Assembly: GCA_963746605.1 (NCBI GenBank)
Contig: CAVVCH010000061.1
Span: forward strand, 134,441-198,440
DNA length: 64,000 nt
DNA from: an uncultured delta proteobacterium
Lineage (GTDB): Bacteria > Desulfobacterota > RBG-13-43-22
Direction of reading: 5' to 3'
Both the position numbers and the translations under genes were made by a program. Positions 48,193-61,970 of the stretch are shown here, one piece after another. The notes beneath the pieces are model-generated. The model did not search any database, was not told the origin of the DNA, and saw nothing but the letters and a program-made list of their open reading frames with translations. The first letter of the stretch is position 1; each line of letters starts with the position of its first letter.

Positions 48193-51100
48193 ATGAAAGA
48201 TCGTTCTTTCCTCAACGTTCGTTTTCGAAAGAATTTCGGACACATCGAAAAAATTATCGACATTCCCAATTTGATGGATATGCAGAAGCAATCCTACGAA
48301 CGGTTTCTGCAATACCATGGGAATCCCGATAAACGGGAAAATACCGGCCTGCAGGGGGTCTTTAAAAGTGTTTTTCCTATTCGGGATTTTAGCGGATTAT
48401 CCTCTCTGGAGTTTGTTCGATACAGTTTCGGTGAGGTAAAATACGATGAGGCGGAATGCCTGCAAAGAGGCATGACTTATGACGTGCCGATGAAGATCAC
48501 CGTCCGCCTCATCGTCAACGATCTGGACAAGGATACCGGGAGCCAGACGATTCGGGATATCAAGGAGCAGGACATTTATTTCGGGACGATACCCTTGATG
48601 ACCGATAAGGGTACGTTCATCATCAACGGTACCGAGCGGGTGGTGGTCAGTCAATTGCATCGGTCGCCGGGGGTGTTCTTTGCCCATGACAAGGGGAAGA
48701 CCCACAGCAGCGGGCGTCTTTTGTATTCGGCGCGGGTCATTCCCTTGCGCGGTTCCTGGATTGATCTGGAGTTTGATCCGAAAAATATCCTTTTTGTGCG
48801 CATTGACCGTCGGAGAAAATTTCCGGTAACCATCCTGTTGAAGGCACTCGGGTATTCCAATCAGGAATTACTGAACTATTTTTACGAGCGGGAGCGGATC
48901 AACCTGGAAGACGGGAAGATCCGCCGGGAAGTCAACCCGGATTTCCTTTTGGGCAAAAAGGCTCCTCGGGACATTGTGAATCCCCTGACGGGAGAAGTGA
49001 TCGTCCGCAAAAACCGCAAGATCAATAAACGAATTATCAAATCGCTGCAGGACGCGGAAATTCGATCGCTTCCGGCCAGGGCCGAGGACATCGAAGGGTA
49101 TTTTCTGGCGCAGGAAGTGGTGGATCCCGAAACCGGAGAGGTCCTGATCGAAAGCAACGAGGAATTGACCCGGGAAAAGCTGAACCTCCTGCTGCAGAAA
49201 AAAACGCCTTTTGTGGATTTGTTGTTCATCGACGGGGTCAATGTCAGTTCTTCCCTGCGGGATACCTTGATTATGGACAAGGTGCCGGGCAGCAACGAGG
49301 CCATCCTGGAGATTTACAAGAAATTGCGCCCCAGCAACCCGCCGACTCTGGAAGTGGCCACCAACTTTTTTTACAACCTTTTTTTCAATCCGGACAATTA
49401 CGATCTCTCCTCGGTGGGTCGGCTCAAGCTGAATCATCGCTTGGGTCTGGAGGTTCCTCTGGAGGAGCGGACCCTGCGCAAAGAGGATATCCTGCTGACG
49501 GTGAAGAAGCTGATCGAGCTGAAGGATACCAACGGTGCCGTGGATGATATCGATCATTTGGGCAACCGTCGGGTCCGGGCGGTGGGCGAGCTTCTGGAAA
49601 ACCAGTATCGTATCGGTCTGGTGCGGATGGAACGAGCGATCAAGGAGCGCATGACGCTGCAGGAGATCGAGACCCTGATGCCCCATGACCTGATCAATCC
49701 CAAACCGGTGGCCGCCGTGGTGAAGGAATTTTTCGGGACCAGCCAGCTTTCCCAATTCATGGATCAGACCAATCCGCTCTCCGAGATTACCCACAAAAGG
49801 CGGTTGAGCGCCTTGGGTCCGGGAGGCCTTACCCGGGAGCGGGCCGGGTTTGAGGTCCGGGACGTGCATCCCACCCATTACGGGCGGATCTGTCCGATTG
49901 AAACGCCGGAAGGCCCCAATATCGGCCTCATTGTTTCCTTGAGTACCTATGCCCGGGTGAATGAATTCGGTTTTATCGAGACCCCTTACCGGGTGGTCCG
50001 GGAGGGCACGGCTACCCCGGAAGTGAAATTTTTGAGCGCTTTGGATGAGCAAGGGTTCAATATCGCCCAGGCCAATATCCCCTTGGACCGGGCCGGTCGT
50101 CTGGTCGACCCCATGGTTTCAGCCAGAAAGGACGGGGAATTTGTGATGGTCAATAGGGAGGAAGAATCCATTGACCTGATGGACGTTTCTCCCAACCAGT
50201 TGGTCAGCGTGGCCGCCTCTCTAATTCCTTTCCTAGAAAATGATGACGCCAACCGGGCCTTGATGGGTTCCAACATGCAGCGGCAGGCCGTGCCCTTACT
50301 CTCCTGCCGCGCTCCGATCATCGGCACCGGGATTGAAGAGGTGGTGGCCCGGGACTCCGGAGTAACCGTGGTGGCTAAAAATAACGGCGTGGTGGAAGAC
50401 GTGGACGCCGACCGGATCGTGGTCCGGTATATCACGGAGGAAACGAAAGACCGTCCTTTGGGGGCGGGGGTGGAACTGTATAAATTGAATAAGTTTCAGC
50501 GGTCCAACCAGAATACCTGCTTCAGCCAAAAACCGATCGTTCGCAAAGGGGACCCGATTCAAAAAGGACAGGTCATCGCCGACGGCCCCTCCACCGAAAA
50601 AGGGGAACTGGCCTTGGGACGCAATGTGCTGGTGGCCTTCATGTCCTGGGGCGGTTATAATTTCGAAGACTCCATCCTGGTGGGGGAGCATCTGGTTAAA
50701 GACGATGTCTTCACCTCGATCCATATTGAAGAATTCGAGCTGGTGGCCCGGGATACCAAACTGGGCCGGGAAGAAATTACCCGGGATATACCCAACTTGG
50801 GCGATGAATCCTTAAAAAATCTGGATGAAAGCGGCATCATTCGCATCGGAGCGGAAGTGAAGGCCGGCGACATTTTAGTCGGTAAGGTTACCCCGAAAGG
50901 GGAGACCCAGCTGTCGCCGGAGGAGAAACTACTCCGAGCGATCTTCGGGGAAAAGGCCGGAGACGTGAAGGACTCTTCCCTCCGGGTTCCGCCGGGAATC
51001 GAGGGCGTCGTTATCGAGGCCAAGGTCTTTTCCCGTAAAGGGGTGGAGCGGGATGCCCGGTCCAAGGCCATTGAGGAGGAAGAAGTAGCCCGGATCATGA

Positions 51101-52338
51101 AGGATCAAAACGACGAGATCCAGATTCTTCACCGAGAGGCCCTACAGCGCTTGAAGGCCCTGGTGGTGGGAAAACTATCGAGCAATACCATCAAAGAAGA
51201 TCGCGGCGACAAGGTCCTGATCGCCCGGGGAGAAAAGATTTCGCTGGAAAAATTGACCAAACTTCCGGTCAAAAAATGGAAAGATTTGGCCGTTTCCAAA
51301 GGGAAGGACCTGAAGGAAGAGTTGGAAGGGATTATCCGGGATTATCAAGAAAAGGTGGCCATGATCAAAGGGACCTTTGAGGGAAAGGTAGCCAAGTTGA
51401 AAAAAGGGGATGAACTGCCCCCCGGAGTGGTCAAGATGGTCAAAATCTACCTGGCCGTTAAGCGCAAGCTGGCCGTGGGAGATAAGATGGCCGGACGGCA
51501 CGGGAACAAGGGCGTGGTTTCCCGGATTCTTCCCAGGGAGGACATGCCTTATTTTGCCGACGGCACCTCGGTGGATATTGTCCTCAATCCTTTGGGAGTT
51601 CCCTCGCGCATGAATGTGGGGCAGGTGTTGGAGACCCACTTGGGCTGGGCCTCCCGAGAGTTGGGCAAGAAGGTTGCCGATTTGGTCGACGACTTCCAGC
51701 GAACCGCCGAAGCCCGGAAGCTGCTCAAGAAAATCTACGAATCGAAAAAAATAGAAGGCTATTTCGAGGCCATTCCGGATGAGGGGCTGCCCCTCTTAGG
51801 CGATCAGTTTCGGGAGGGTATTCACATGGCCACGCCGGTCTTCGATGGGGCCGATGAGGCGGATATCCAGCGACTGCTGAAACTGGCCGGGATTTCTGAA
51901 ACCGGAAAGGCCGTCCTCTTCGACGGCCGGACCGGCGAAGCTTTTGACCGCCCGGTGACCGTGGGGGTCATGTATATGCTCAAGCTGCATCATTTGGTGG
52001 ATGACAAGATCCATGCCCGGTCCATCGGCCCGTATTCGCTGGTGACCCAGCAACCCCTGGGCGGAAAGGCGCAATTCGGCGGGCAGCGTTTGGGAGAGAT
52101 GGAAGTCTGGGCCATGGAGGCTTACGGAGCCGCTTATACACTTCAGGAATTCCTGACCGTCAAATCCGACGATGTGGCCGGCCGGACTCGCATGTACGAG
52201 AAAATCGTCAAGGGGGACAACGTGCTGGAAGCCGGTCTGCCGGAATCCTTCAACGTGTTGATGAAAGAATTGCAGAGTCTGGGATTGAATATCGAGCTCT
52301 TGGAGGGTGGGTCGCCGGACTCGTCGCCGAACGCCTAA
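48193..52338 (+). CDS. rpoB: DNA-directed RNA polymerase beta subunit
   Basis: ATG 48193 after [31 protein letters not shown] at the N-terminus, and ...NMQRQAVPL..., ...[15 protein letters not shown]... invariant motifs. Confidence 0.95.
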   Translation: MKDRSFLNVRFRKNFGHIEKIIDIPNLMDMQKQSYERFLQYHGNPDKRENTGLQGVFKSVFPIRDFSGLSSLEFVRYSFGEVKYDEAECLQRGMTYDVPMKITVRLIVNDLDKDTGSQTIRDIKEQDIYFGTIPLMTDKGTFIINGTERVVVSQLHRSPGVFFAHDKGKTHSSGRLLYSARVIPLRGSWIDLEFDPKNILFVRIDRRRKFPVTILLKALGYSNQELLNYFYERERINLEDGKIRREVNPDFLLGKKAPRDIVNPLTGEVIVRKNRKINKRIIKSLQDAEIRSLPARAEDIEGYFLAQEVVDPETGEVLIESNEELTREKLNLLLQKKTPFVDLLFIDGVNVSSSLRDTLIMDKVPGSNEAILEIYKKLRPSNPPTLEVATNFFYNLFFNPDNYDLSSVGRLKLNHRLGLEVPLEERTLRKEDILLTVKKLIELKDTNGAVDDIDHLGNRRVRAVGELLENQYRIGLVRMERAIKERMTLQEIETLMPHDLINPKPVAAVVKEFFGTSQLSQFMDQTNPLSEITHKRRLSALGPGGLTRERAGFEVRDVHPTHYGRICPIETPEGPNIGLIVSLSTYARVNEFGFIETPYRVVREGTATPEVKFLSALDEQGFNIAQANIPLDRAGRLVDPMVSARKDGEFVMVNREEESIDLMDVSPNQLVSVAASLIPFLENDDANRALMGSNMQRQAVPLLSCRAPIIGTGIEEVVARDSGVTVVAKNNGVVEDVDADRIVVRYITEETKDRPLGAGVELYKLNKFQRSNQNTCFSQKPIVRKGDPIQKGQVIADGPSTEKGELALGRNVLVAFMSWGGYNFEDSILVGEHLVKDDVFTSIHIEEFELVARDTKLGREEITRDIPNLGDESLKNLDESGIIRIGAEVKAGDILVGKVTPKGETQLSPEEKLLRAIFGEKAGDVKDSSLRVPPGIEGVVIEAKVFSRKGVERDARSKAIEEEEVARIMKDQNDEIQILHREALQRLKALVVGKLSSNTIKEDRGDKVLIARGEKISLEKLTKLPVKKWKDLAVSKGKDLKEELEGIIRDYQEKVAMIKGTFEGKVAKLKKGDELPPGVVKMVKIYLAVKRKLAVGDKMAGRHGNKGVVSRILPREDMPYFADGTSVDIVLNPLGVPSRMNVGQVLETHLGWASRELGKKVADLVDDFQRTAEARKLLKKIYESKKIEGYFEAIPDEGLPLLGDQFREGIHMATPVFDGADEADIQRLLKLAGISETGKAVLFDGRTGEAFDRPVTVGVMYMLKLHHLVDDKIHARSIGPYSLVTQQPLGGKAQFGGQRLGEMEVWAMEAYGAAYTLQEFLTVKSDDVAGRTRMYEKIVKGDNVLEAGLPESFNVLMKELQSLGLNIELLEGGSPDSSPNA

Positions 52339-52368
52339 GCCCGAAGCCTTTTTTAGAGGAGTGTTGCC

Positions 52369-55300
52369 GTGGAAGACTTATTCAGTTATTTCGCTAAGCC
52401 GAAAGATCCGCTGAACTATTACGCCGTCAGGATTTCCCTGGCTTCCCCGCAAAAGATCCGGGAGTGGTCATTTGGGGAGGTTAAGAAGCCGGAGACGATC
52501 AACTATCGGACCTTTAAGCCCGAACGGGAAGGTCTTTTCTGCGCCAAAATCTTTGGACCGACCAAGGATTACGAATGTAACTGCGGGAAATACAAGCGGA
52601 TGAAACACCGCGGGGTGGTCTGCGAGAAATGCGGGGTGGAAGTCATCCAGTCCAAGGTCCGGCGGGAAAGGATGGGGCACATCGAGCTGGCCACTCCGGT
52701 GGCGCACATCTGGTTTTTGAAAAGCCTGCCCAGCAAGATCGGTAATCTGCTCGACCTGACCCTTAAAGAACTGGAAAAGATACTTTATTTTGAGTCCTAC
52801 ATCGTCCTGGAATCCGAGGAGGCCTCGTTGCCTCCAAAAACCCTGCTTCCGGAGGAGCGGTACCGCCAGGCCCGGGAGGAATTCGGGGATAAGTTTAAGG
52901 CCGGTATCGGCGCCGAGGCCATCCAAGTCCTGCTTCAGGCCCAGGACCTGGAAGGGGAATCCAAAACCTTGCGGGAGGAGGTTCACACCACCCATTCGGA
53001 GGCCAAAAAGAAAAAATACATCAAACGCCTGAAGGTCATCGAGGCCTTCAAGGATTCCGGAAACCGTCCCGAGTGGATGGTCATGGACGTGATCCCGGTG
53101 CTGCCCCCGGATTTGCGGCCCTTGGTGCCGCTGGATGGGGGACGGTTCGCCACTTCGGATCTTAACGATCTTTACCGCCGGGTGATCAACCGCAACAATC
53201 GCCTTAAAAGGCTTCTGGAACTCAACGCCCCGGATATCATCATTCGCAATGAGAAACGGATGCTTCAGGAGGCCGTGGACGTTTTGTTCGACAATGGCCG
53301 GAGAGGTAAGGTCATCACCGGTACCAATAAACGTCCCCTGAAATCCCTGAGCGATATGCTCAAGGGAAAACAGGGCCGGTTTCGCCAAAATCTATTGGGC
53401 AAAAGGGTGGACTATTCCGGTCGTACCGTGATCGTGATCGGACCCAATCTCCGTTTACACCAATGCGGTCTGCCTAAAAAGATGGCCTTGGAGCTTTTTA
53501 AACCCTTCATCTATAACAAATTGGAAGAAAAAGGATTCGTCAGCACCATCAAGACCGCCAAACGGATGGTAGAAAAAGAGACCCCCGAGGTCTGGGATAC
53601 CCTGGATGAAGTGGTTCGGGAATATCCTATCCTGCTCAACCGGGCGCCCACCCTGCACCGTTTGGGGATCCAGGCCTTTGAACCCATTTTGGTCGAAGGG
53701 AAGGCCATTCAGCTTCACCCGCTGGTCTGCGCGGCCTTTAACGCCGACTTTGACGGGGACCAGATGGCCGTCCATGTCCCCCTTTCCATCCAAGCCCAGA
53801 TCGAGGCCCGGGTGCTGATGATGTCCACCAACAACATCCTTTCTCCAGCGAACGGGGAACCGATTATCGTGCCTTCCCAGGATATCGTGCTGGGGCTGTA
53901 TTACCTGACTCGGGACCGTCTCTTTAAAAAAGGGGAGGGGAGAACTTTTTCCGGGCCGGAGGAAGTCCGCCGGGCCTATGACGCCAAGGAAGCGGACCTT
54001 CATGCCCGCATCCGGATGCGCCTGAACGGCCAGATAGTAGATACTACGGTAGGACGGGTTTTGCTGTTCGAAGTGATCCCGCCCATGATCCCCTTCGAGC
54101 GAGTCAACCGGGTCATGACCAAGAAGGAAATCCGTAAGCTGATCGACGATTGTTACCGAAAAGCCGGCATCAAAGAGACGGTCATTCTAGCCGACCGGTT
54201 GAAGGATGTGGGTTTTCACTTTGCCACCTTATCGGGGATCTCGATTTCGGTGGCCGACATGAAGGTCCCCCCCCAGAAAAAAGAGATATTGCGGAAGGCC
54301 GAAGATGAAGTCCGGCGGGTGGAGAAACAGTATGTCGACGGTTTGATCACCGACGGAGAAAAATATAACAAGCTGGTGGATATCTGGGCCAAAGCCAGTG
54401 AGGATGTGGCCCAGGAGATGATGGAAGTAATGGGCACCGAAATGGTGGCCGGCCCGCAAAATAAACAGGTGATGGTGCCCAGTTTCAACCCCATTTTTAT
54501 GATGTCCGATTCCGGATCCCGGGGCAGCAAAGACCAGATGCGTCAGTTGGCCGGCATGCGGGGACTGATGGCCAAACCCTCTGGAGAAATTATCGAGACG
54601 CCGATCCGGGCCAATTTTCGAGAAGGTCTGAGCGTGCTGGAATATTTCATTTCCACCCACGGAGCCCGGAAAGGGCTCGCCGATACGGCCTTGAAGACCG
54701 CGAATTCCGGCTATTTGACCCGGCGCCTGGTGGATGTCTCCCAGGATATGATCATCCACGAAGAAGACTGCGGCACGATCGACGGGATTATCGTCGAGGC
54801 CCTGCGGGAAGCCGGAGAGGTGATCCAGCCCATCGGGGAACGGGTGTTGGGACGGGTAGCCCTGACCGATATCAAAGACCCCTACAGCGAGGAGGTGCTC
54901 GTCCAGGCCAATACCGAGATCGACGAGTCGGCGGTGGAACGGCTGGAGGAGGCGGGCATCGAACGGGTCTCCATCCGCTCGGTGCTGACCTGCCAGAGTG
55001 CTCGCGGGGTTTGCGCCCGCTGCTACGGCCGTGATTTGGCTTACGGGAAACCGGTGAATATTGGTGAGGCCATCGGTATCATTGCCGCCCAATCCATTGG
55101 CGAACCGGGAACCCAGCTCACCATGCGGACCTTTCATATCGGTGGCGTGGCCAAACAACGCAGCGAACAATCGACCCTTCATGCCCGAACCGACGGGCGG
55201 GTCCGATTCGTTCAATTGAATACGGTCGAGAACCGCGACGGCGATTTGGTGGTCATGAACCGAAACGGCCAGATGGCCATCGAGGACGATAAAGGCCGGG

Positions 55301-56466
55301 AACGGGAGCGCTATCCCCTGATTTACGGAACCCAGTTGAAAATTAAGGAAGGACACCCGGTGAAGGCCGGGGACTTGCTGGCCAATTGGGACCCCTTCAC
55401 CATTCCCATTATTACCGCGGTTTCCGGGAAGGTAAAATTTGGTGATGTCAACGAAGGGATGACCATGGAAGAGCGGCGGGATGTGGTGACCGGAAAATCC
55501 AGCAAAGTGATCGTGGAATACCGGGATGCGGAAATGCGTCCTCGGATTTCCATTAAGGATGAGCAGGGCCGCACAGCCAAGTTGCCCCAGTCCAACGCCT
55601 GGGCCCGGTATTTGCTGCCATTGGGGGCCATTATCCTGGTCACCGAGGGGGACGCTATTTTGGCCGGCGACGTCATAGCCAAGATCCCTCGGGAAACCAC
55701 CAAGACCAAAGACATTACCGGCGGTCTGCCGCGGGTGGCCGAGTTATTTGAAGTCCGCAAACCCAAAGAACACGCCGTGATCACCGAAATCGACGGCATG
55801 GTGACTTTTGGAAAGCACAGCAAGGGAAAACGAAAGGTAGTGGTCACCCCGGAGGTGGGCGAGCCCCGGGAGTACCTCATTCCCAAAGGGAAGCACGTGA
55901 GCGTCCAGGAGGGGGACGTCATCCTGGCCGGCGAAGCCCTGATGGACGGGTCGGCCAACCCCCACGACATCCTGAGTGTCAGCGGGATCAAGGAGTTAGC
56001 CAAATACCTGGTCAATGAAGTCCAGGAAGTCTACCGCCTCCAGGGGGTGAAAATCAACGACAAGCACATCGAGGTCATCGTCCGGCAGATGCTCCGCAAA
56101 GTTAAGATCAAGGATCCCGGAGACAGCGATTACTTGGTGGGTGATCAGGTGGAGTGGCAGCTTTTCACTCAGAAGAACCAGGAAATCCTGGCCCAGGGAG
56201 GAAGACCGGCCCAGGCCGAGCCGCTCCTCCAGGGGATTACCAAGGCTTCCCTCTCCACCGACAGTTTCATTTCGGCGGCTTCCTTCCAGGAGACGACCAA
56301 GGTCCTGACTGATGCCAGCATCGGCGGGGAAAAAGATTATTTACGGGGATTAAAAGAAAACGTCATTCTGGGGCGGATCATTCCGGCCGGTACCGGGATG
56401 GCCGTGTATCGGAATATTATTTTGCCGCAACCGGGCAAAGGTGCGGTGGAACGGATTGAACCGTAA
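52369..56466 (+). CDS. rpoC: DNA-directed RNA polymerase beta' subunit (GTG start)
   Basis: Zinc-binding [23 protein letters not shown] and [14 protein letters not shown] catalytic Mg-binding motif. 1365 aa. Confidence 0.95.
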   Translation: MEDLFSYFAKPKDPLNYYAVRISLASPQKIREWSFGEVKKPETINYRTFKPEREGLFCAKIFGPTKDYECNCGKYKRMKHRGVVCEKCGVEVIQSKVRRERMGHIELATPVAHIWFLKSLPSKIGNLLDLTLKELEKILYFESYIVLESEEASLPPKTLLPEERYRQAREEFGDKFKAGIGAEAIQVLLQAQDLEGESKTLREEVHTTHSEAKKKKYIKRLKVIEAFKDSGNRPEWMVMDVIPVLPPDLRPLVPLDGGRFATSDLNDLYRRVINRNNRLKRLLELNAPDIIIRNEKRMLQEAVDVLFDNGRRGKVITGTNKRPLKSLSDMLKGKQGRFRQNLLGKRVDYSGRTVIVIGPNLRLHQCGLPKKMALELFKPFIYNKLEEKGFVSTIKTAKRMVEKETPEVWDTLDEVVREYPILLNRAPTLHRLGIQAFEPILVEGKAIQLHPLVCAAFNADFDGDQMAVHVPLSIQAQIEARVLMMSTNNILSPANGEPIIVPSQDIVLGLYYLTRDRLFKKGEGRTFSGPEEVRRAYDAKEADLHARIRMRLNGQIVDTTVGRVLLFEVIPPMIPFERVNRVMTKKEIRKLIDDCYRKAGIKETVILADRLKDVGFHFATLSGISISVADMKVPPQKKEILRKAEDEVRRVEKQYVDGLITDGEKYNKLVDIWAKASEDVAQEMMEVMGTEMVAGPQNKQVMVPSFNPIFMMSDSGSRGSKDQMRQLAGMRGLMAKPSGEIIETPIRANFREGLSVLEYFISTHGARKGLADTALKTANSGYLTRRLVDVSQDMIIHEEDCGTIDGIIVEALREAGEVIQPIGERVLGRVALTDIKDPYSEEVLVQANTEIDESAVERLEEAGIERVSIRSVLTCQSARGVCARCYGRDLAYGKPVNIGEAIGIIAAQSIGEPGTQLTMRTFHIGGVAKQRSEQSTLHARTDGRVRFVQLNTVENRDGDLVVMNRNGQMAIEDDKGRERERYPLIYGTQLKIKEGHPVKAGDLLANWDPFTIPIITAVSGKVKFGDVNEGMTMEERRDVVTGKSSKVIVEYRDAEMRPRISIKDEQGRTAKLPQSNAWARYLLPLGAIILVTEGDAILAGDVIAKIPRETTKTKDITGGLPRVAELFEVRKPKEHAVITEIDGMVTFGKHSKGKRKVVVTPEVGEPREYLIPKGKHVSVQEGDVILAGEALMDGSANPHDILSVSGIKELAKYLVNEVQEVYRLQGVKINDKHIEVIVRQMLRKVKIKDPGDSDYLVGDQVEWQLFTQKNQEILAQGGRPAQAEPLLQGITKASLSTDSFISAASFQETTKVLTDASIGGEKDYLRGLKENVILGRIIPAGTGMAVYRNIILPQPGKGAVERIEP

Positions 56467-56492
56467 TTCCGGGAAACAAGGCCAAAAAAAAG

Positions 56493-56521
56493 TTGACAAC
56501 CTCAAAAAAATAATATAATAA
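56493..56521 (+). promoter_or_regulatory. putative sigma70 promoter of the str operon (TTGACA plus an AT-rich -10 region, TAATAA/TATAAT)
   Basis: TTGACA 56493-56498. Several overlapping -10 candidates follow 15-17 nt downstream, ~90 nt before rpsL. Confidence 0.3.
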
Positions 56522-56609
56522 TATAAATTTTTTAAAAATAGTCAAATATTTGCGGCCGACAGCCTTCAGGGAAGATCGGCCAACGGGATGTTCTAAAAAA
56601 AGGAGCGGT

Positions 56610-56981
56610 ATGGCCACCATCAATCAATTGATCCGTCAGGGCAGAACCAAGATGAAAGGGAAAGTATCCACTCCGGCCTTAAAGGCCTGCCCTCAGAAAC
56701 GGGGTGTCTGCATCCGGGTTTATACCTCAACGCCCAAGAAGCCTAATTCTGCCTTGCGGAAGGTCGCCCGGGTTCGGTTGACGAACGGTATGGAGGTGAC
56801 CACCTATATCCCGGGGGTCGGGCATAACCTCCAGGAACATTCCGTGGTCCTGATCCGGGGGGGGCGGGTGAAAGATTTGCCCGGGGTTCGTTACCATATC
56901 ATCCGCGGTACCTTGGACTCCATCGGGGTAGCCGATCGTAAAAAGAGTCGGTCCAAATACGGGGCCAAAAGGCCTAAGTAG
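56610..56981 (+). CDS. rpsL: 30S ribosomal protein S12
   Basis: [12 protein letters not shown]...[11 protein letters not shown]... Confidence 0.95.
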   Translation: MATINQLIRQGRTKMKGKVSTPALKACPQKRGVCIRVYTSTPKKPNSALRKVARVRLTNGMEVTTYIPGVGHNLQEHSVVLIRGGRVKDLPGVRYHIIRGTLDSIGVADRKKSRSKYGAKRPK

Positions 56982-57064
56982 CCCGGGTCCGAAAAAAGCG
57001 GGGTGCACCAGAGACTGCGCTCCCAGTCCGAATTAATAAAACGTCACTCACATAGAGGTCAAAC

Positions 57065-57535
57065 ATGCCGCGCAAAAGAGAAGTTCAAAAAAGGGAGATC
57101 CTGCCCGATCCTAAATATCATAGCCCTTTGGCGGCCAAATTTGTCAACAGCCTGATGGGCCGCGGGAAAAAAAGCACCGCCGAGTCCATCCTCTATCGGG
57201 CCCTGGAGATTATTGGAAAGAAAAGCGAAGAGGAACCGCTGAAGGTTTTTGAGAAGGCCTTGGACAACGTGAAACCGGTCATCGAAGTGAAGTCCCGGCG
57301 GGTCGGCGGGTCCACCTATCAGGTCCCGGTGGAGGTTCGGGCCAATCGCCGGCTTTCGCTCAGTATCCGCTGGCTGATTGCCTATGCCCAGGCCCGTTCG
57401 GAAAAAACCATGGAGGCCAAACTGGCCGGTGAGTTCCTGGATGCCGCCAATAACCGCGGGGCGGCCATCAAGAAAAAAGAGGATACCCATAAAATGGCGG
57501 AGGCTAACAAGGCCTTTGCCCATTACCGCTGGTAG
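57065..57535 (+). CDS. rpsG: 30S ribosomal protein S7
   Basis: [18 protein letters not shown]... Confidence 0.95.
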   Translation: MPRKREVQKREILPDPKYHSPLAAKFVNSLMGRGKKSTAESILYRALEIIGKKSEEEPLKVFEKALDNVKPVIEVKSRRVGGSTYQVPVEVRANRRLSLSIRWLIAYAQARSEKTMEAKLAGEFLDAANNRGAAIKKKEDTHKMAEANKAFAHYRW

Positions 57536-57576
57536 TCGGAGCAGGCCGGGCCAGAAGTCGATGCGACAGGGAGAAT

Positions 57577-59661
57577 TTGAATTTGTCCGAAAAACAAGCG
57601 CTTTCACGAATCCGGAACATTGGTATTATGGCCCATATCGATGCCGGGAAGACTACGACTACCGAACGCATCCTCTATTATACCGGGGTATCCTACAAAA
57701 TGGGTGAGGTTCACGAAGGTTCAGCGGTCATGGATTGGATGGAACAGGAACAGGAAAGAGGCATCACCATCACCTCGGCCGCAACCACTTGCTACTGGCA
57801 GGATCACCGGATCAATATCATCGATACCCCCGGGCATGTGGATTTTACCATGGAAGTGGAGCGGGCCTTGAGGGTCCTGGATGGGGCGATAGCCGTCTTC
57901 GACGCCGTGGCCGGCGTGGAACCGCAGTCAGAAACGGTTTGGCGACAGGCCGACCGCTACGGGATCCCGCGGTTGGCGTTTATCAACAAGATGGACCGTG
58001 TGGGGGCCGATCCGGAGCGCTGCCTGCGGATGATGGAAGAACGATTGGGAGCCAAACCGGTTTTTATCCAATGGCCAATAGGACGTGAAGAAAAATTTAG
58101 CGGGCTGATTGACTTGATCCGGGAAGAAGCGGTGCTCTTTGATGAAGCCTCCCTGGGAAGGCAGTTGGTTCGCGAGCCCGTGCCGGAAGCCTTGCGCCCT
58201 TCAGCCCTCGAACAGCGACAGCGACTGATCGAGACCTTGGCCGAACACGACGACAATCTGATGGAAAAATATGTCGAGGGGCAGCCCGTCACCTTGGAGG
58301 AGATCCAAGGGGCTTTGCGCCGGGCCACCTTGAGCCAGGCCGTAGTCCCCGTCCTGTGCGGCTCGGCCTTTAAGAACAAGGGAATCCAGCCTTTATTGGA
58401 CGCCATCGTGGACTACCTGCCTTCGCCCACCGATGTGCCGCCGATCACCGGGCTCAATCCCAAGGGAGAGGTCGAACCCCGCCCGGCCGATGAAAAGGGC
58501 CCGTTTACAGCCTTGGCTTTTAAAATCATGTCCGATCCCTATGTGGGGCACCTGACCTTCCTGCGGGTCTACTCGGGCCGGGTCACTTCCGGGGGGACCG
58601 TGGTCAATGTCAATAAAGGGAAAAAGGAGAAGATCGGACGTCTGCTGAAAATGCATGCCAACCAACGGGAAGATATTAAGGAAATCCAGGCAGGGGATAT
58701 CGTGGCGGTGGTGGGTCTGAAGAACACCACCACCGGCGACAGCCTCTGTTCTCCCGAAGCGCCTCTCCTGTTGGAGTCGCTGCAGGTTCCTTTCCCGGTC
58801 ATTTCCATTGCCGTGGAGCCTCGGACCAAGGCCGATATGGACAAATTGGGCCTCTCCCTGCAGCGGATCGTGGCCGAAGACCCATCCTTCCTGGTTCATA
58901 CCGATGAGGAAACCGGACAAACGCTGCTATCGGGGATGGGAGAACTTCATTTAGAGATTATCGTTGATCGTTTGACTCGGGAATTCAAGGTGGATGCCAA
59001 TATCGGTCAACCCCAGGTGGCCTATAAGGAAACGATCACCCAGGTAGTGAAGCAGGAAGGAAAGTATATTCGGCAGAGCGGGGGCCGAGGGCAATACGGC
59101 CATGTGGTACTGGAGATCTCCCCCCGGGAAGCCGGCGGCGGGTTCCTGTTTGAAAATAAGATTTTCGGCGGCGTAGTGCCCAAGGAATATATCCCGGCTA
59201 TCGAAAAGGGGGTCCGGGAGGCCATGGCCGGAGGCGTTCTGGCCGGATACCCCCTGATTGATTTGGGGGTCCGGTTGCTGGACGGTTCGTATCATGAAGT
59301 GGATTCTTCGGAGCGAGCTTTCCATTTTGCCGCTTCCATCGCCCTCAAGGAAGCGGTGGGGAAGGCGCGACCGGTCTTGCTGGAGCCGGTTATGGGGTTG
59401 GAGATCGTCACCCCGGAGGAGTTTGTCGGCGATGTCATGGGAGACATTACCGGTCGCCGGGGTAAAATCCTGGGGCTGGAGGCTCGGGGCCAGGCCCGCA
59501 TCATTGAAGCCCAGGCCCCCATGGCGGAAATGTTTGGTTATTCCACCTCCATTCGGTCGTCGACCCAGGGCCGGGCAACGTTTACCCTGCAATTCTCCCA
59601 TTATGAAAAAGTACCACAGTCCATATTGGAAGCCCTGTTAGCTGGCCGGAAAAAGAAATAA
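57577..59661 (+). CDS. fusA: elongation factor G (TTG start; exact start ±6 nt)
   Basis: [39 protein letters not shown]. 694 aa. Confidence 0.95.
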   Translation: MNLSEKQALSRIRNIGIMAHIDAGKTTTTERILYYTGVSYKMGEVHEGSAVMDWMEQEQERGITITSAATTCYWQDHRINIIDTPGHVDFTMEVERALRVLDGAIAVFDAVAGVEPQSETVWRQADRYGIPRLAFINKMDRVGADPERCLRMMEERLGAKPVFIQWPIGREEKFSGLIDLIREEAVLFDEASLGRQLVREPVPEALRPSALEQRQRLIETLAEHDDNLMEKYVEGQPVTLEEIQGALRRATLSQAVVPVLCGSAFKNKGIQPLLDAIVDYLPSPTDVPPITGLNPKGEVEPRPADEKGPFTALAFKIMSDPYVGHLTFLRVYSGRVTSGGTVVNVNKGKKEKIGRLLKMHANQREDIKEIQAGDIVAVVGLKNTTTGDSLCSPEAPLLLESLQVPFPVISIAVEPRTKADMDKLGLSLQRIVAEDPSFLVHTDEETGQTLLSGMGELHLEIIVDRLTREFKVDANIGQPQVAYKETITQVVKQEGKYIRQSGGRGQYGHVVLEISPREAGGGFLFENKIFGGVVPKEYIPAIEKGVREAMAGGVLAGYPLIDLGVRLLDGSYHEVDSSERAFHFAASIALKEAVGKARPVLLEPVMGLEIVTPEEFVGDVMGDITGRRGKILGLEARGQARIIEAQAPMAEMFGYSTSIRSSTQGRATFTLQFSHYEKVPQSILEALLAGRKKK

Positions 59662-59723
59662 TCGTCTTCGGACTGCAACCAAAAAAGGGATTGGACCACA
59701 TTTAACCAAGGGGGACGAGACTG

Positions 59724-60923
59724 ATGGGCAAGAAGAAATTTGAACGGACGAAGCCACATGTGAATGTGGGGACGATCGGGCATATTGATCATGGGAAGAC
59801 GACCTTGACGGCGGCGATCACGCTCTGTTTATCGAAGAGCGGATTTGCGAATTTCATACCCTTTGACGAGATCGACAAGGCGCCGGAAGAGAAGGAGCGG
59901 GGGATCACGATCGCGACGGCCCACGTGGAATACGAGACCAAGAAGCGGCATTATGCGCACGTGGACTGTCCGGGGCACGCGGACTATATCAAGAACATGA
60001 TCACCGGAGCGGCTCAGATGGACGGAGCGATTCTGGTGGTTGGAGCGGATGACGGGCCGATGCCGCAGACGCGGGAGCATATATTGCTGGGACGTCAGGT
60101 CGGAGTGCCGTATATAGTAGTTTTTTTAAACAAGGTGGACATGGTCGACGATCCGGAGCTGATCGAGCTGGTGGAACTGGAGCTGCGGGAGCTGTTGAGC
60201 AAGTATGAGTATCCCGGGGACGATATACCGATCATCAAGGGATCGGCGCTGAAGGCCTTGGAGTGCGGCTGCGGGAAAGGGGACTGTCCTGCTTGCCAGC
60301 CGATTTTGGAGCTGATGGACGCGATCGACAACTATGTACCGGAGCCGGTGCGGGATATAGAGAAGCCGTTTTTGATGCCGGTGGAGGACGTCTTCAGTAT
60401 TTCGGGCCGGGGGACGGTCGTCACGGGCCGGGTGGAACGGGGGATGATCAAGGTTGGTGAGGAAGTGGAGATCGTGGGGATTCGCCCGACGATCAAGACG
60501 ATCTGCACCGGGGTGGAGATGTTCCGGAAGACCCTGGACCAGGGCCAGGCGGGAGACAACGTGGGGTTGCTGCTGCGGGGGACCAAGCGGGACGATGTGG
60601 AGCGGGGCCAGGTCGTGGCCAAGACGGGATCGATCACGCCGCACACCAAGTTCAAGGCGGAATCGTATATTCTGTCGAAAGAGGAAGGCGGGCGGCACAC
60701 GCCGTTTTTCAACGGCTATCGGCCGCAGTTTTATTTTCGGACGACGGACGTGACCGGGGTGGTGACCTTGCCGGAAGGGGTGGAGATGGTGATGCCGGGC
60801 GACAACGTGTCGATGACGGTGTCCTTGATCATGCCCATCGCCATGGAGAAGGAACTGCGGTTTGCCATTCGGGAGGGGGGCCGGACCGTAGGTGCCGGCG
60901 TGATCTCCGAAATCTTGGAATAA
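59724..60923 (+). CDS. tuf: elongation factor Tu (copy 2, tufA-like position after fusA)
   Basis: Protein identical to copy 1. Nucleotide differences seen are synonymous (e.g. gcc/gct, ata/att, ggc/ggt). Confidence 0.97.
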   Translation: MGKKKFERTKPHVNVGTIGHIDHGKTTLTAAITLCLSKSGFANFIPFDEIDKAPEEKERGITIATAHVEYETKKRHYAHVDCPGHADYIKNMITGAAQMDGAILVVGADDGPMPQTREHILLGRQVGVPYIVVFLNKVDMVDDPELIELVELELRELLSKYEYPGDDIPIIKGSALKALECGCGKGDCPACQPILELMDAIDNYVPEPVRDIEKPFLMPVEDVFSISGRGTVVTGRVERGMIKVGEEVEIVGIRPTIKTICTGVEMFRKTLDQGQAGDNVGLLLRGTKRDDVERGQVVAKTGSITPHTKFKAESYILSKEEGGRHTPFFNGYRPQFYFRTTDVTGVVTLPEGVEMVMPGDNVSMTVSLIMPIAMEKELRFAIREGGRTVGAGVISEILE

Positions 60924-60946
60924 TGGAATACCCAAAGGACTAGATT

Positions 60947-61258
60947 ATGATGACCAGTCAGAAGATCCGAATTCAACTCAGGGCCTTTGATCATAGACTC
61001 CTGGACCAGTCGGCGGCCGAAATCGTGGAGACGGCCAAACGGACCGGGGCACGAATCGCCGGACCGATACCTTTACCGACCAAGATCAAGAAGTTTTGCG
61101 TCCTTCGGTCCCCTCACGTGGACAAGAAATCACGGGAGCAGTTTGAAATTCGGACGCACAAACGGGTACTGGATATCCTGGAACCTACCCAAGCCACGGT
61201 GGATGCCTTGATGAAGTTAGACCTTTCCGCCGGTGTGGATGTGGAGATAAAATTGTAA
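60947..61258 (+). CDS. rpsJ: 30S ribosomal protein S10
   Basis: [18 protein letters not shown]... Confidence 0.95.
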   Translation: MMTSQKIRIQLRAFDHRLLDQSAAEIVETAKRTGARIAGPIPLPTKIKKFCVLRSPHVDKKSREQFEIRTHKRVLDILEPTQATVDALMKLDLSAGVDVEIKL

Positions 61259-61282
61259 GGGGCATGGAAGGGACGTGAGCAG

Positions 61283-61903
61283 ATGGTACATGGAATACTA
61301 GGGAAAAAAATAGGGATGACCCGCCTGTTTGTCGAAGAAGGAAGGTCTGTGCCCGTCACGCTGATCGAGGTCGGGCCCTGCCAGGTGGTTCAAGTCAAGC
61401 CGGAATCGACCACCCAGCGGATCGCCCTGCAGTTAGGCTATCAGCCGAGTAAAAAAAAGGCGGTCACCAAACCGCAGGCCGGCTATTTTAAAAAGCAGGG
61501 GCTGGAACCCTTCGTCCATTTGAAGGAATTTTCAGCCGATCCCGAGCCGCCCTATCAGATCGGCGACGAAATCAGGGTCGATATTTTTGAGGTTGGAGAA
61601 CGGGTCAAAATCCGGGGAGTATCCAAGGGCAAGGGATTTGCCGGGGTGGTCAAGCGCTGGGGGTTTGCCGGCGGGAAAGCCACCCATGGCTGTACCTCTC
61701 ACGCGGTCCCTGGTTCCATCGGTTCCAGTGCCTATCCGTCCCGGGTAATCAAAGGAAAGAAAATGCCCGGTCATTTAGGCCATCGCCAAGTCACTGTGAA
61801 AAACCTGTCGGTGGTGGATATCCGACCGGAATTGAATTTGATTATAATCAAAGGGGCCGTCCCCGGGGCTCGCAACTCCATGGTCGCCGTGTACAAACAG
61901 TAG
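61283..61903 (+). CDS. rplC: 50S ribosomal protein L3
   Basis: GILGKKIGMTRLFVEEG... Confidence 0.9.
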   Translation: MVHGILGKKIGMTRLFVEEGRSVPVTLIEVGPCQVVQVKPESTTQRIALQLGYQPSKKKAVTKPQAGYFKKQGLEPFVHLKEFSADPEPPYQIGDEIRVDIFEVGERVKIRGVSKGKGFAGVVKRWGFAGGKATHGCTSHAVPGSIGSSAYPSRVIKGKKMPGHLGHRQVTVKNLSVVDIRPELNLIIIKGAVPGARNSMVAVYKQ

Positions 61904-61970
61904 GCGGATAGCTGCCGGGGTCGGAACGGACCGATCCCCTTGGGACCTCAGGAAAGACAAGGAATTCGTT

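Noticed and set aside
48868-55356. Long antisense ORFs inside rpoB/rpoC (e.g. 48868..50052, 52468..53388, 54229..55356 on the minus strand)
   Set aside because: They lie opposite unambiguous RNA polymerase genes. Their Arg/Gly/Pro-rich composition is characteristic of GC-rich antisense frames.
43057-60923. tuf duplication as an assembly artefact
   Set aside because: The copies have different unique flanks (tRNA-Thr/rpmG versus fusA/rpsJ) and differ by synonymous substitutions, as expected for tufA/tufB.
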